Shown here one piece after another: positions 7,348 through 17,422 of a stretch of 39,262 nt of DNA. Source of the stretch: Bacteroidota bacterium (GTDB taxonomy: Bacteria > Bacteroidota > Bacteroidia > Flavobacteriales > Weeksellaceae). Under the pieces are notes generated by a model. It did no database searches. It had not been told where the DNA came from and saw only the letters and a program-made list of their open reading frames with translations. Both the position numbers and the translations under genes were made by a program. The DNA is taken from the NCBI GenBank assembly GCA_023426625.1, contig JAFAAJ010000037.1:1-39262 (forward strand), read 5' to 3'. Position 1 is the stretch's first letter; each line of letters starts with the position of its first letter.

Positions 7348-8478
7348 ATGAAATTTATTATTTCAAGTGGTGAACTGCAGAAAGCATTGCAAACTGTAAG
7401 TGGCGTAATATCAAGCTCTCAATCGAGACCTATTTTAGAAAACTATCTTTTTGAGTTAAACGAAAATAATGTTACCATTACAGCATCTGATGGCGAAACA
7501 ACTCTTGTGACTTCTCTGGAAGTAAAGTCTGAGGATTCGGGGAAATTTGCTGTTCCTGCTAAGATTTTTCAAGATTTTATTAAAACATACGGAGAACAGC
7601 CTTTAACGTTCTCTGTAAAAGATAATGCGGAAGGAACCGGAAGCCAGCTTGAGATTTTAGATGAAAAAGATAATTTCGCCGTAGCATTGGATAATGCCGA
7701 TGACTATCCGGAATTGCCTGAATTCGATGCAGCGCAGAGCGTGACCATGCCTGCCGGAGTTTTATCCGAAGCACTTACCAACACCCTTTTTGCAACAAGT
7801 AACGATTCTCTTCGTCCGGTAATGACGGGAGTTCTTTTCCAGTTTGGTGAAAACGAGACCAACTTTGTCTCTACAGACTCACACAGATTGGTGGTTTACA
7901 AAAGAACAGACCTGATGAATGCCGAGCCAATGGAATTCATTATGCCTAAAAAACCTCTGAATATTTTCAAAAATATCTTAGCCAGCTCAAATGACGATGT
8001 TACCATCGATTTCAATGAGAACATGGCTAAATTTACTTTTGATAAACATATCTGGATCTGTAGACTGATCGACGGGAAATATCCTAACTATACAGCGGTA
8101 ATTCCAAAAGAAAACCCAAATGTATTGACGATCAACAGAAACCTTTTATTAAGCGCAATCAAGAGAGCGTCTATTATGTCTAATAAATCTACCAATCAGG
8201 TAAGATTCAAGCTTTCCGGAAATATTCTTCACCTTCATGCAGAAGATACAGAATATGCAAACAAAGCAGACATGCAGATCCCTTGTGATTACAACGGAGA
8301 GGACATCAATATCGGTTTCAGTTCTAAATTCTTAACTGAGATGTTGACAATTCTCGGATCTGATGATATCACCATGAAAATGTCACAACCCAACAGACCC
8401 GGAATCATTGAGCCTCTTGACGGTCTTGAAGAAAACGAAAATATCTTAATGTTATCAATGCCGGTAATCGGATTGTAA
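7348..8478 (+). CDS. dnaN: DNA polymerase III beta sliding clamp
   Basis: RPILEN, TASDGE, STDSHRL, RLIDGKYPNY motifs and C-terminal SMPV. Confidence 0.97.
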   Translation: MKFIISSGELQKALQTVSGVISSSQSRPILENYLFELNENNVTITASDGETTLVTSLEVKSEDSGKFAVPAKIFQDFIKTYGEQPLTFSVKDNAEGTGSQLEILDEKDNFAVALDNADDYPELPEFDAAQSVTMPAGVLSEALTNTLFATSNDSLRPVMTGVLFQFGENETNFVSTDSHRLVVYKRTDLMNAEPMEFIMPKKPLNIFKNILASSNDDVTIDFNENMAKFTFDKHIWICRLIDGKYPNYTAVIPKENPNVLTINRNLLLSAIKRASIMSNKSTNQVRFKLSGNILHLHAEDTEYANKADMQIPCDYNGEDINIGFSSKFLTEMLTILGSDDITMKMSQPNRPGIIEPLDGLEENENILMLSMPVIGL

Positions 8479-8497
8479 GATAAACAGATAAAATGAT

Positions 8498-8529
8498 AAA
8501 GAGGTTTGAATTTTTCAGACCTCTTTTTT
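8498..8529 (+). terminator. Terminator of dnaN
   Basis: AAAGAGGTTTGAA-TTT-TTCAGACCTCTTT plus T tract. Confidence 0.8.
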
Positions 8530-8564
8530 ATTTTATATTATTCTTTACACTCTTTGAAGATATG

Positions 8565-8701
8565 AACGCAAAGTTTTTAAGTATCCCACTGTATATTTAA
8601 GAGAGCAAAAGCAACGAAGTTGCTATAAATCAGGCTTCTGAAAATCAATTTTATTGATTAAAACTTTGCTCACCTTATTAATGCAATTCTTTCTTTGCGT
8701 T
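8565..8701. repeat. Dispersed palindromic repeat (AACGCAAAG...CTTTGCGTT family), copy A
   Basis: 9-bp terminal inverted repeats, inner AGCAAA/TTTGCT pair and AATCAATTTTATTGATT hairpin; same architecture as 29479-29637. Confidence 0.7.
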
Positions 8702-8809
8702 AAAAAGACCAGCTTTATTGAATAATAGTAAGATTTAATTTGTATATAATTACTTTATACGGTCATTTGCGCAAACGTTTAGAATCTACGAGAGAATTTA
8801 AATAATTTA

Positions 8810-9065
8810 ACCTGAGTTCGGGATAATGGATATTTAAATAATTGATTTCAAAAAAATTATTTTATCGCAAAGAGAAACAAAGAAATGTTTAATTTTTGAA
8901 ACACTTTTTGAGTTAAACAATGCCACATCGTTTATCAAAGTAATACAAAATTCTTGTATTACTTGATAAGTTTCACGCCTTTGTATATCTTAAATTTTAA
9001 AAAACCATGTGATTAATACTTTTGTTTAGCTTTGCGTGGTATATATGCTTATCCCGAACTCAGGT
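8810..9065. mobile_element. Non-autonomous MITE with IS982-like ends
   Basis: Perfect 17-bp TIRs ACCTGAGTTCGGGATAA (8810-8826) and TTATCCCGAACTCAGGT (9049-9065); 7-bp direct repeat TAATTTA at 8803-8809 and 9066-9072; no transposase ORF. Confidence 0.85.
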
Positions 9066-9183
9066 TAATTTAGTTCTGGAAAATGTGTCTAGTTAAATTC
9101 GCATCTAAATTTCGGTATCTCTCAAAAAAACACGACATTTGTAAACTCAAAAAAACTCAAGTAAAATTTTCAAAATAGCTTAG

Positions 9184-11586
9184 ATGAAAATATCAAATAA
9201 CTGGCTGAAAGACTTTATCAAAACGGAATTAAAACCTGAAAGAATCGGGGAGTTCCTTACCGATATCGGTCTTGAAGTAGAAGGGATAGAAAAATTTGAA
9301 AGCATAAAAGGCAGTCTGGAAGGAATTGTTGTAGGTAAAGTTTTAACCTGCGAAAAGCATCCGAATGCAGATAAATTAAAGAAAACAACCGTAGACGTAG
9401 GAAACGGTAAAGTTTTGAATATCGTTTGTGGTGCTCCGAATGTGGAAGCGGGACAAACAGTGCCTGTTGCCGTTGTAGGAACTAAAATCTACGATAAAAC
9501 AGGAAACTTTTTTGAAATTAAAGAAGCAAAAATAAGAGGTGAGGTTTCACAGGGGATGATCTGTGCGGAAGATGAATTGGGACTGAGCGAAGATCATGGT
9601 GGAATTATGGTGCTGGACGAATCCCAATATGAGATCGGGAAAAACTTTGCAGATTATTTTGAGTTGACCAACGATGATGTTTTTGAGATCGGATTAACGC
9701 CGAACAGAACGGATGCAATGTCTCATTATGGAGTTGCAAGAGATCTGTATGCCTATCTTTCAACGAACAAGCAGAAATCAGAATTCGAAAAAGTATCTTC
9801 TCAGACTTTAAACAGTGAAGGTTCTCACAGCTTCACATTAGAAGTGGAGGATGCTGAATTGTGCCCAAGATACATTGGGGCTGTTATTGAAGAGGTAAAA
9901 GTCGCAGACTCTCCGGATTGGTTGAAGAACAGATTAAAAGCAATAGGTTTAAGTCCTATTAATAACGTGGTAGATATCACAAACTATATCCTTCATGGAT
10001 TTGGGCAACCTCTTCACGCGTTCGACGCTGATAAAATTGCCGACAAAAAAGTAAAGGTAGGTACGGTAAAACAAGGAACCAAATTTACCACTCTGGATGG
10101 TGTTGAAAGAACATTAAACGGTTCTGAGATCATAATCAAAGACGGGAAAGATAATCCGATGTGTATTGCAGGAGTTTTCGGTGGAGCAACTTCAGGGGTT
10201 TCTGAAGAGACAAAAACCGTTTTCCTGGAAAGCGCATATTTCAATCCTGTAGCGGTAAGAAAAGGGGCTAAATTCCACGGACTCAATACCGATGCATCAT
10301 TCAGGTTTGAAAGAGGAGTAGACCCGAATATCACAAGAACAGCCATTACTCATGCCATCAGAATGATCGAGGAATTGGCAGGTGGAAAGTTGGTAGGAGA
10401 CTTGTTGGAAGAATATCCACAGAAAATAGAAGATAATTACGTTATCATAAGATTCTCTAAAATTGAACAGATTTTAGGAACCAAAATTCACAGAGAAAAA
10501 GTAAAAGAAATTTTAAAAGCCCTTGAAATTCAGGTGTTAAATGAAATCCAGAATGGTTTTGAGATCTCTGTGCCTGCTTACAGAGCAGATGTTACAAGGG
10601 AGATCGACGTTATTGAGGAAATTTTGAGAATTTATGGCTACAATAAGATAGATGCTCCTCAGAAAATCTCTTTTACCCCGGTAAAATTACAGGCAAATGA
10701 TCAGGATGAACTGGAAAACAACTGGGCAAGAACTTTACAGGGATTAGGATTCAATGAGGTGATGAATAATTCATTGACTTTCGTAAAAGATGAAACTGAT
10801 GCCGTAAAATTATTAAACCCGTTGAGCAATGATCTGGCGTTCATGAGAAAGTCACTTTTAGAGGGACTTCTTCAAAATGCGATCTATAATATCAACAGAA
10901 AAAATCAGGATATCAAGTTCTTTGAATTTGGTAAGATCTATCATAAAAAAGAAAAATACGAAGAAAGAAAGCAACTGGCGATCCTTGTTTCAGGAAGAAA
11001 TGTTGCTGAGAACTGGCTACAGCCAAAATCTGCTACCAATTTCTATAACCTGAAAGCTTATGTAAAAGTTCTTTTGGAAAAACTGGCTTTGGATTATAAA
11101 GAAGTAGCTTTAACAGACGAAAGATTTTCAGATGCTTTAGCCTATGAAGTAAACGGAAAAACACTGGTAAGAATTGGAAAAGTGGCTCCTGCAATACTGA
11201 AAGATTTTGATATTGATCAGGAATGTTTCTACGCTGAAATTGAACTGGAATTGGCGCAGGAATTGCGTTCCAAGAATGAACTGAAGTTCAGGGATATTCC
11301 TAAATTCAACAAAATAAGAAGAGATTTGGCTCTGCTGATCGATAAAAATGTAAATTATCAGGATCTGTATCAGACCGCTAAAAAGAACAAGTCTCCTTTC
11401 ATTAAGAGTATCAATTTATTTGATGTTTATGAAGGAAAAAATCTTCCGGAAGGTAAGAAATCCTATGCAATGAGTTTTGAGCTTTTAAATGAAGAGAAAA
11501 CTCTTGAAGAAAAGGAAATATCAGAAGTGATGGATTCGCTGGTGAAAGCTTTCCAGAAAGAATTCAATGCGGAATTGAGATCGTAA
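9184..11586 (+). CDS. pheT: Phenylalanyl-tRNA synthetase beta subunit
   Basis: HPNADKL, CGAPNV, LTPNRTD, DASFRFERG, REIDVIEE motifs and C-terminal FDX-ACB domain. Confidence 0.98.
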   Translation: MKISNNWLKDFIKTELKPERIGEFLTDIGLEVEGIEKFESIKGSLEGIVVGKVLTCEKHPNADKLKKTTVDVGNGKVLNIVCGAPNVEAGQTVPVAVVGTKIYDKTGNFFEIKEAKIRGEVSQGMICAEDELGLSEDHGGIMVLDESQYEIGKNFADYFELTNDDVFEIGLTPNRTDAMSHYGVARDLYAYLSTNKQKSEFEKVSSQTLNSEGSHSFTLEVEDAELCPRYIGAVIEEVKVADSPDWLKNRLKAIGLSPINNVVDITNYILHGFGQPLHAFDADKIADKKVKVGTVKQGTKFTTLDGVERTLNGSEIIIKDGKDNPMCIAGVFGGATSGVSEETKTVFLESAYFNPVAVRKGAKFHGLNTDASFRFERGVDPNITRTAITHAIRMIEELAGGKLVGDLLEEYPQKIEDNYVIIRFSKIEQILGTKIHREKVKEILKALEIQVLNEIQNGFEISVPAYRADVTREIDVIEEILRIYGYNKIDAPQKISFTPVKLQANDQDELENNWARTLQGLGFNEVMNNSLTFVKDETDAVKLLNPLSNDLAFMRKSLLEGLLQNAIYNINRKNQDIKFFEFGKIYHKKEKYEERKQLAILVSGRNVAENWLQPKSATNFYNLKAYVKVLLEKLALDYKEVALTDERFSDALAYEVNGKTLVRIGKVAPAILKDFDIDQECFYAEIELELAQELRSKNELKFRDIPKFNKIRRDLALLIDKNVNYQDLYQTAKKNKSPFIKSINLFDVYEGKNLPEGKKSYAMSFELLNEEKTLEEKEISEVMDSLVKAFQKEFNAELRS

Positions 11587-11607
11587 ATTGATCTTAAATA
11601 AATACTG

Positions 11608-11631
11608 AAACGGGCTTTGGTCCGTTTTTTT
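11608..11631 (+). terminator. Terminator of pheT
   Basis: AAACGGGC-TTTG-GTCCGTTT plus T tract. Confidence 0.75.
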
Positions 11632-11739
11632 ATGCGTGAAATTATGACTACATCAACAGGTTTCGGAACAATAAAAAGCCATTAAAAGCCGTTTAAATAA
11701 ATATTTTCCGTAAATTTGGTTGAATCTAAAAAAGAAAAA

Positions 11740-12147
11740 ATGAAGAACTTTTTTTTAAGTATATGTGCAGCAGCGGTTTTAGTATCTTGTGGAGCAATGT
11801 CAGGATCTGCTTCTAAAGTGGGAACTTCTCAACCTTCATTAGCCAACACAAAATGGACTCTGGCTGATAATGTGAAAGGTAAAGTACCGACATTGAATAT
11901 TGAGGGAGAAAAAATCAATGGAAATGCGGGATGTAACAACTATTTCGGAACGGCAAAATTAGATGCTTCCACAGGTAGTTTTTCCGCAGGACAAATGGGT
12001 TCTACCAAAATGATGTGTGATAACATGAGTGTAGAGCAGAATTTTATGGATATGATGGGGAAAGCTAACAAATATGTAGTTTCCGGAAATACCTTAGAAT
12101 TATACAAAGACAATCTGTTACTACTGAAATTCAATAAAGCAGAATAA
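11740..12147 (+). CDS. META (HslJ-like) domain lipoprotein
   Basis: LVSC lipobox; WTL, GNAGCNNYFG and STKMMC motifs; ATG 11740 follows TAAATTTG at 11711-11718. Confidence 0.9.
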   Translation: MKNFFLSICAAAVLVSCGAMSGSASKVGTSQPSLANTKWTLADNVKGKVPTLNIEGEKINGNAGCNNYFGTAKLDASTGSFSAGQMGSTKMMCDNMSVEQNFMDMMGKANKYVVSGNTLELYKDNLLLLKFNKAE

Positions 12148-12153
12148 AAAAAT

Positions 12154-12181
12154 AAAGGAACTCAATTTGAGTTCCTTTTTT
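12154..12181. terminator. Bidirectional terminator
   Basis: AAAGGAACTCAA-T-TTGAGTTCCTTT between convergent genes, with A and T tracts on either side. Confidence 0.85.
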
Positions 12182-12194
12182 ATGTGTTCTTGTC

Positions 12195-12434
12195 TTAGTC
12201 TTCCTCTTCTTCGTCGTACTTAGCCAATTCCTCATCGCACCATTTGAAAGCAGCTTCTACTACTTTTGTAGCCTCGTCTGCCATCGTTTCTTCGTCATCA
12301 CCTTCAAGATCATCCAACCATTCAACTTCTTCTTCTTCAACGTTTAAGATAAATCTTGGATATTCTGTATGTACAACAAATAAATCTTCCGGAAACTCAG
12401 AGTTATCTGCTAATAAAAACTTTGGTAACTTCAT
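12195..12434 (-). CDS. Small acidic hypothetical protein
   Basis: 79-aa ORF MKLPKFLLADN...HTEYPRFI; co-oriented with the upstream genes and ends at the terminator. Confidence 0.8.
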   Translation of the reverse strand: MKLPKFLLADNSEFPEDLFVVHTEYPRFILNVEEEEVEWLDDLEGDDEETMADEATKVVEAAFKWCDEELAKYDEEEED

Positions 12435-12470
12435 TTTTTTAATGTTTTAACTTTCTCAAAGATAATAAAA

Positions 12471-13787
12471 TTATTGATATTTATTCTTGTCGATTTTAAT
12501 TTTTTGTAAAACTTTGTGCCGCGTAAGAGTCGTTCTCTGAAGACTGTCTTTTGGGTTGTAAGTCAGGCCGATTTGTGGATTTATGGTGCTTATGATCTCT
12601 GCTATCTGAAAACTTTCCATGTCTTCCTGTGTTTTTATATAAACTTTGATCGGTACTTTGTCCAGTTTCTCTTCCTTTAAATAATTCGTGATTATTTTTC
12701 TGTTTTCAAGGTAGTTTCCTTTCGATAACCACGTAAATAAAGCGCCGCTCATAAGAGATAAAATTCCTATAACGTAAACCTTTATCCCAAAGATCTGGAA
12801 AAGCTTCCTGAAATAAATCAGCCATACCGGTAAACTGAAAGGAGCCATTAATCTGTAATCTATCGGGTTTACAGAGTAGAAATACTGGATAAAATAAGAA
12901 CATACGATTCCGGTTACAGCAATGAAAATAAAAAAAGATTCAGTATCGGAAAGTTTATTTTTAATGAATAGAAACAGGATCAGAGCGATGTTCAGTAAGC
13001 CTATTCCGTAGATCGCATAGTTGATCATTCCGCCACCCGGATCAGCAATATGAATGAAAGGGTTGAATGTTGTAGCCAATCCCAGAGCCAGTTCGGTTAA
13101 TAATTCGGGAGTGGTGTGTAATCCCATTTCCAAGAACTGCTGAACATAGTTTTCATTAAAATAATCAATGAATAAGACTTTATATAAAGCCACAAAAACA
13201 CAGCTTATCGCTGCTGAAAATATAAATGTAGAGCCATATTTTCTTCTCCAGAAGATCAGTCCGTAAAGACCGGTTCCTGCAATGATGAATAACGAACTGT
13301 ATCTGATATTATAAAGTGCGATCAAAGACAATGAAAGATAAAGGATTCCCTGCCACTTTTTTAAGTTTCCAATAATGATGAGCTTGGCAATATACAGAAA
13401 GAGAAAAACGAACGGTAAGATCAGCGCTTCACTCATCGTATAAGAATAGATGGAAAGAAAACTGAACAATGCACTTACTAAAATCGCTTCCCGAAAATAA
13501 AAGTTTCTTTTCTTAGCGAAAAACAGGATGCCTGCAAAAGCAAGGATGCCGATAAGTTTGCTGCTCCAGAATTCATCCAGACCAAAATAAGTGAAAAATC
13601 TGATGCTTGCGGGATATCCTAAAGGAGTAGTGGTGTTATCTATGACCGGAAGATTATGGGCAAATCTCATAAACCGTATAGAGTCCGGGTTTACTCTCCC
13701 TTTTTCATTCAGTAAAAAACGCAAAATGATCATCATTAGAGTAATGATGATCATTATTGTTTGTATAGCTTTTTCTTTTTTTCTCAT
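12471..13787 (-). CDS. Polytopic membrane protein, possibly GT-C fold glycosyltransferase-like
   Basis: Many hydrophobic segments; PDS, PLGYP, MSEAL and RY motifs resemble GT-C enzymes. Confidence 0.6.
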   Translation of the reverse strand: MRKKEKAIQTIMIIITLMMIILRFLLNEKGRVNPDSIRFMRFAHNLPVIDNTTTPLGYPASIRFFTYFGLDEFWSSKLIGILAFAGILFFAKKRNFYFREAILVSALFSFLSIYSYTMSEALILPFVFLFLYIAKLIIIGNLKKWQGILYLSLSLIALYNIRYSSLFIIAGTGLYGLIFWRRKYGSTFIFSAAISCVFVALYKVLFIDYFNENYVQQFLEMGLHTTPELLTELALGLATTFNPFIHIADPGGGMINYAIYGIGLLNIALILFLFIKNKLSDTESFFIFIAVTGIVCSYFIQYFYSVNPIDYRLMAPFSLPVWLIYFRKLFQIFGIKVYVIGILSLMSGALFTWLSKGNYLENRKIITNYLKEEKLDKVPIKVYIKTQEDMESFQIAEIISTINPQIGLTYNPKDSLQRTTLTRHKVLQKIKIDKNKYQ

Positions 13788-13858
13788 TCACGTTGCGGTT
13801 AAAATTATATTTTGGCTTGCTGCTCAAATTTATAACTTATAACCCACAACTTAAAAAC

Positions 13859-14752
13859 TTATTTTGAGAACATTTTAGAAACTTTTTCAGCTTTTTTGCT
13901 TTCAGAATAATCATAGAAACCTTCACCTGACTTCACACCTAGTTTTCCTGCCATTACCATGTTTACCAATAATGGGTTAGGTGCATATTTAGGATTTTTG
14001 AATCCGTCATACATGACATTCAGGATCGCAAGACAAACATCAAGACCGATGAAGTCCGCCAGTTGAAGTGGTCCCATCGGATGAGCCATTCCTAACTTCA
14101 TTACCGTATCAATTTCTTCTACTCCTGCAACTCCGTTATAAAGCGTTTCAATAGATTCGTTGATCATCGGCATAAGAATTCTGTTGGCTACAAATCCAGG
14201 ATAATCATTTACCTCTACAGGAACTTTTCCTAAAGTTTTGCTCATTTCATAGATCGCATCGAAAGTTTCTTTAGAAGTGGAATATCCTTTGATGATCTCT
14301 ACCAGCTTCATGATCGGAACGGGATTCATAAAGTGCATTCCGATTACTTTATCAGCTCTTTTGGTAGCCGCAGCAATTTTAGTGATGGAGATTGAAGAAG
14401 TATTGGTTGCCAGAATACAGTTGTCAGGAGCAAATTCATCCATTTGTCCGAAGATCTTTAATTTCAGATCCTGATTTTCTGTAGCAGCTTCTACAATCAG
14501 GTCCGCTGAACCTACAGCATCCTTAAGCTCAGTAAAAGTAGTGATGTTTCCTAATGTTTCTGTTTTCTGTTCCTCAGTTAAGTTACCCTTTGCAATTATT
14601 CTGTCAAGATTAGTGGTAATGGTTTTTAAGCCTCTGTCTAAAGCATCCTGTGATACATCCACTAAGTTTACTTTAAAACCGCTTTGTGCAAATGTGTGTG
14701 CAATACCATTCCCCATGGTTCCTGCGCCGATAACTACGATGTTCTTGATCAT
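13859..14752 (-). CDS. hbd: 3-hydroxybutyryl-CoA dehydrogenase
   Basis: GAGTMGNGIA, TNTSS, GMHFMNP, PGFVANR and HPMGPL motifs. Confidence 0.95.
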   Translation of the reverse strand: MIKNIVVIGAGTMGNGIAHTFAQSGFKVNLVDVSQDALDRGLKTITTNLDRIIAKGNLTEEQKTETLGNITTFTELKDAVGSADLIVEAATENQDLKLKIFGQMDEFAPDNCILATNTSSISITKIAAATKRADKVIGMHFMNPVPIMKLVEIIKGYSTSKETFDAIYEMSKTLGKVPVEVNDYPGFVANRILMPMINESIETLYNGVAGVEEIDTVMKLGMAHPMGPLQLADFIGLDVCLAILNVMYDGFKNPKYAPNPLLVNMVMAGKLGVKSGEGFYDYSESKKAEKVSKMFSK

Positions 14753-14758
14753 TTTTAC

Positions 14759-15181
14759 TTATTTAAATTTTGATTTTTTATAGATGTTGATATTTCTTTT
14801 TCCGGACAGATCGGCTTTTTTTACCAGCATAGTGCTGTCAAAATTCACGATACCGTCCCTGCTTTGATCTCTTTTATTGTTTTGTGAATCGATGGTGGAT
14901 TGAAGCCCTTTAATGAATTTATTCCTCTTTGTTTTAGAAAGCTTATCGATCCCGATATAGAGGTTGTATTCTCCTTCTCTTCCCAAACCGCTCAATTCAT
15001 AGATTTCAAAAGCCTTAAGTTTATTTTTCTTTTGAAACTGACTGATATAATTGATAACCGGATCCTCGGAAGGGGGTCCGCAACAGATGCTTACATAGCT
15101 GATTTCCAGATAATTCTGATTGTTCTGCGCTGAAAAAAAGGCAAAACAAAACAGACCTAATGTCAATAATACTTTTTTCAT
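14759..15181 (-). CDS. Hypothetical secreted protein
   Basis: Signal peptide; SICCG and GLGREGE motifs; operonic spacing. Confidence 0.75.
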   Translation of the reverse strand: MKKVLLTLGLFCFAFFSAQNNQNYLEISYVSICCGPPSEDPVINYISQFQKKNKLKAFEIYELSGLGREGEYNLYIGIDKLSKTKRNKFIKGLQSTIDSQNNKRDQSRDGIVNFDSTMLVKKADLSGKRNINIYKKSKFK

Positions 15182-15265
15182 TTTCTGATCATTTGTTAAA
15201 CGTTAACTAAGCAAACTCATTCTCCAATGTCAGGATTTTTCCGGCTTAAAATTAAGCTTTAAAAT

Positions 15266-16144
15266 TTACTTATTAAAATCATCCCAGACTAGCTTGGAAA
15301 CATCGGAAATGATTTTACAGTTCATCGCTTCTGTCTCCGTTGAGTTGCTTATCAATACAGCTAATGCATAATGCTTGCCATTAGGTAATGTCACAATTCC
15401 CATATCATTTTCAGCACCCGTCAAACCGTCTTTATTCTTTCCTGAAGATCCCGTTTTATGGGCAACAGGAGTGTTTTCCGGTAGCTGTTCCACGATTCTA
15501 TTCAAACCGGTTTTTGTTCCCCACATTATTTTCATTAAATAATCTGTAGACCTTTTGGAAAGTAGTTTTCCATCATAGAATTTCTTCAAAACCCGTACTC
15601 CCGAATTGGCAGTAGTGAAGTTTTCATACTGGATATTCCAGCCTTTATGCATTTCCTCTTCATTGTATTTGATCTGAAAATCCTTCACTCCTTTAGAATC
15701 CATAAACTTCTGAACCGTTTCAGTTCCTCCAATCAGGTGTAAAAGAATATCGCAGCCGTTGTTGTCGCTTAAAGCCACCGTATAATCGATGATTTCATTC
15801 AATGTAAGTTCAATGTTCCCATTGGGATAAGTATTGCGGATGGGAGACCATGTATTTTCCGGAAGATCTTCTTTTTTAATGAATATTTTCTGATCTAAAG
15901 CGAGTTTTCCTTTATCTACCAGATCCAGAACGGCACAGGCAATATGGAATTTGAAAACACTCTGCATCGGAAGTTTTTTATCCCCATTCCTGCTGTATTG
16001 AAAACCATTTTCTAAACCGAGAACAGAAATTCCTACCGTTGCTTTTTTATCCTTGAGAACAGCATTGATTTTTTGCTCCAGAACAGATTGTTGTGCCCAT
16101 GCAAAAGCGGAAATCAAGAGAAAAAGCAACCCGAATTTTTTCAT
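15266..16144 (-). CDS. bla: Class A (subclass A2) serine beta-lactamase, CGA/CIA-like
   Basis: MQSVFK (SxxK), SDN, NEEEMH omega loop and HKTGSS motifs; signal peptide. Confidence 0.93.
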   Translation of the reverse strand: MKKFGLLFLLISAFAWAQQSVLEQKINAVLKDKKATVGISVLGLENGFQYSRNGDKKLPMQSVFKFHIACAVLDLVDKGKLALDQKIFIKKEDLPENTWSPIRNTYPNGNIELTLNEIIDYTVALSDNNGCDILLHLIGGTETVQKFMDSKGVKDFQIKYNEEEMHKGWNIQYENFTTANSGVRVLKKFYDGKLLSKRSTDYLMKIMWGTKTGLNRIVEQLPENTPVAHKTGSSGKNKDGLTGAENDMGIVTLPNGKHYALAVLISNSTETEAMNCKIISDVSKLVWDDFNK

Positions 16145-16156
16145 GTAACAATAATT

Positions 16157-17122
16157 CTATTTATTGATCAGTTTCATAATTTCCAGAGCCACTTTCAGCG
16201 CTTCAGTTCCGTCTTCCAGAGAAACTTCTACATTTTTATCTTCGGTAATAGCATCTGCGAAAGAGTTTAGCTCATCCAGAATGGCATTATTAGGCTGAAT
16301 ATTCGGATATTCGAATAAGATCTGGTTCTTTTCACCTTCTGCATTTTCTATGATCATATCAAATGGAGTAGGGTTTTCCGGAGCTTCTTTCATACGGATC
16401 ACTTCTGCCTTTTTCTCCAGGAAATCAACGGAAATATAAGCGTCTTTCTGGAAGAATCTGCTTTTTCTCATCGCTTTCATGGAAATTCTGGAAGTCGTTA
16501 AATTGGCAACGCATCCGTTTTCAAACTCTATTCTTGCATTGGCAATATCCGGCGTTTTGCTTACGACACAGACACCGCTTGCATGAATATTCTTCACTTG
16601 GGATTTTACGATGCTTAATAAAATATCAAGATCGTGGATCATCAGATCAAGCACTACGGAAACATCTGTCCCGCGAGGATTGAATTCTGCCAATCGGTGG
16701 ATCTCAATGAACATCGGATCATTAATGAAATCCTTTGTTGCCATAAAAGCAGGATTGTACCTTTCTACGTGTCCTACCTGTGCTTTAATATGATTTTCAC
16801 GGCATTTATAAAGGATCTCTTCTGCCTGCTGAAGGGTTTGTGTAACCGGTTTTTCAATGAAAAAATGAAGACCTTTGCTGATGGCTTTCAGGGCATAATC
16901 ATAATGATAAACCGTTGGAGTTACAATATCCAACATGTCGATCTGATCCAGCAGATCCTCAAAATTTTCAAAATATGTATATCCGAATTCGGCTTCTATT
17001 TTTTTTCCGTTTTCTACATCTTTATCATGAAAACCGATCAGTTCATATTTATCTGACTGATTTAGAAGTTTTAAATGTATTTTTCCCAAATGTCCGGCTC
17101 CTACCAAACCTGCTTTCAACAT
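16157..17122 (-). CDS. Gfo/Idh/MocA family oxidoreductase
   Basis: GAGHLG, EKP, GHVERYNP and DLMIHD motifs. Confidence 0.93.
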   Translation of the reverse strand: MLKAGLVGAGHLGKIHLKLLNQSDKYELIGFHDKDVENGKKIEAEFGYTYFENFEDLLDQIDMLDIVTPTVYHYDYALKAISKGLHFFIEKPVTQTLQQAEEILYKCRENHIKAQVGHVERYNPAFMATKDFINDPMFIEIHRLAEFNPRGTDVSVVLDLMIHDLDILLSIVKSQVKNIHASGVCVVSKTPDIANARIEFENGCVANLTTSRISMKAMRKSRFFQKDAYISVDFLEKKAEVIRMKEAPENPTPFDMIIENAEGEKNQILFEYPNIQPNNAILDELNSFADAITEDKNVEVSLEDGTEALKVALEIMKLINK

Positions 17123-17260
17123 AGCTTATATTAATTTTTGTAAAGATAATAATTTTAGGTATTAGGAAACAGATTGGTTGGGGTGATATTAATTAGTGCC
17201 TGACCGGAGATTTTCTTGGGCTAAAAACGTCAATCGTGAATTTATAACCCCTTCATTGTT

Positions 17261-17309
17261 ATTCACCATTCACTATTCACCATTTACCATTCACGATTTA
17301 CCATTCACT
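17261..17309 (+). repeat. Tandem heptamer array, 7 x ATTYACB
   Basis: ATTCACC ATTCACT ATTCACC ATTTACC ATTCACG ATTTACC ATTCACT. Confidence 0.9.
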
Positions 17310-17422
17310 TAACTGCACTCGCCGGAAAAGGATTTATGGTGTAATAACAAGAACGAAATAATGTATAATTTACCATTGTTTTTTTTATTTTTGTAGACCT
17401 GTTACCTAATAACTACCATCTA

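Noticed and set aside
7183..9183. Replication origin near dnaN
   Set aside because: No dnaA and no cluster of DnaA boxes seen. The long intergenic region is explained by a repeat and a MITE. Unlinked dnaN and pheT are usual in Bacteroidota.
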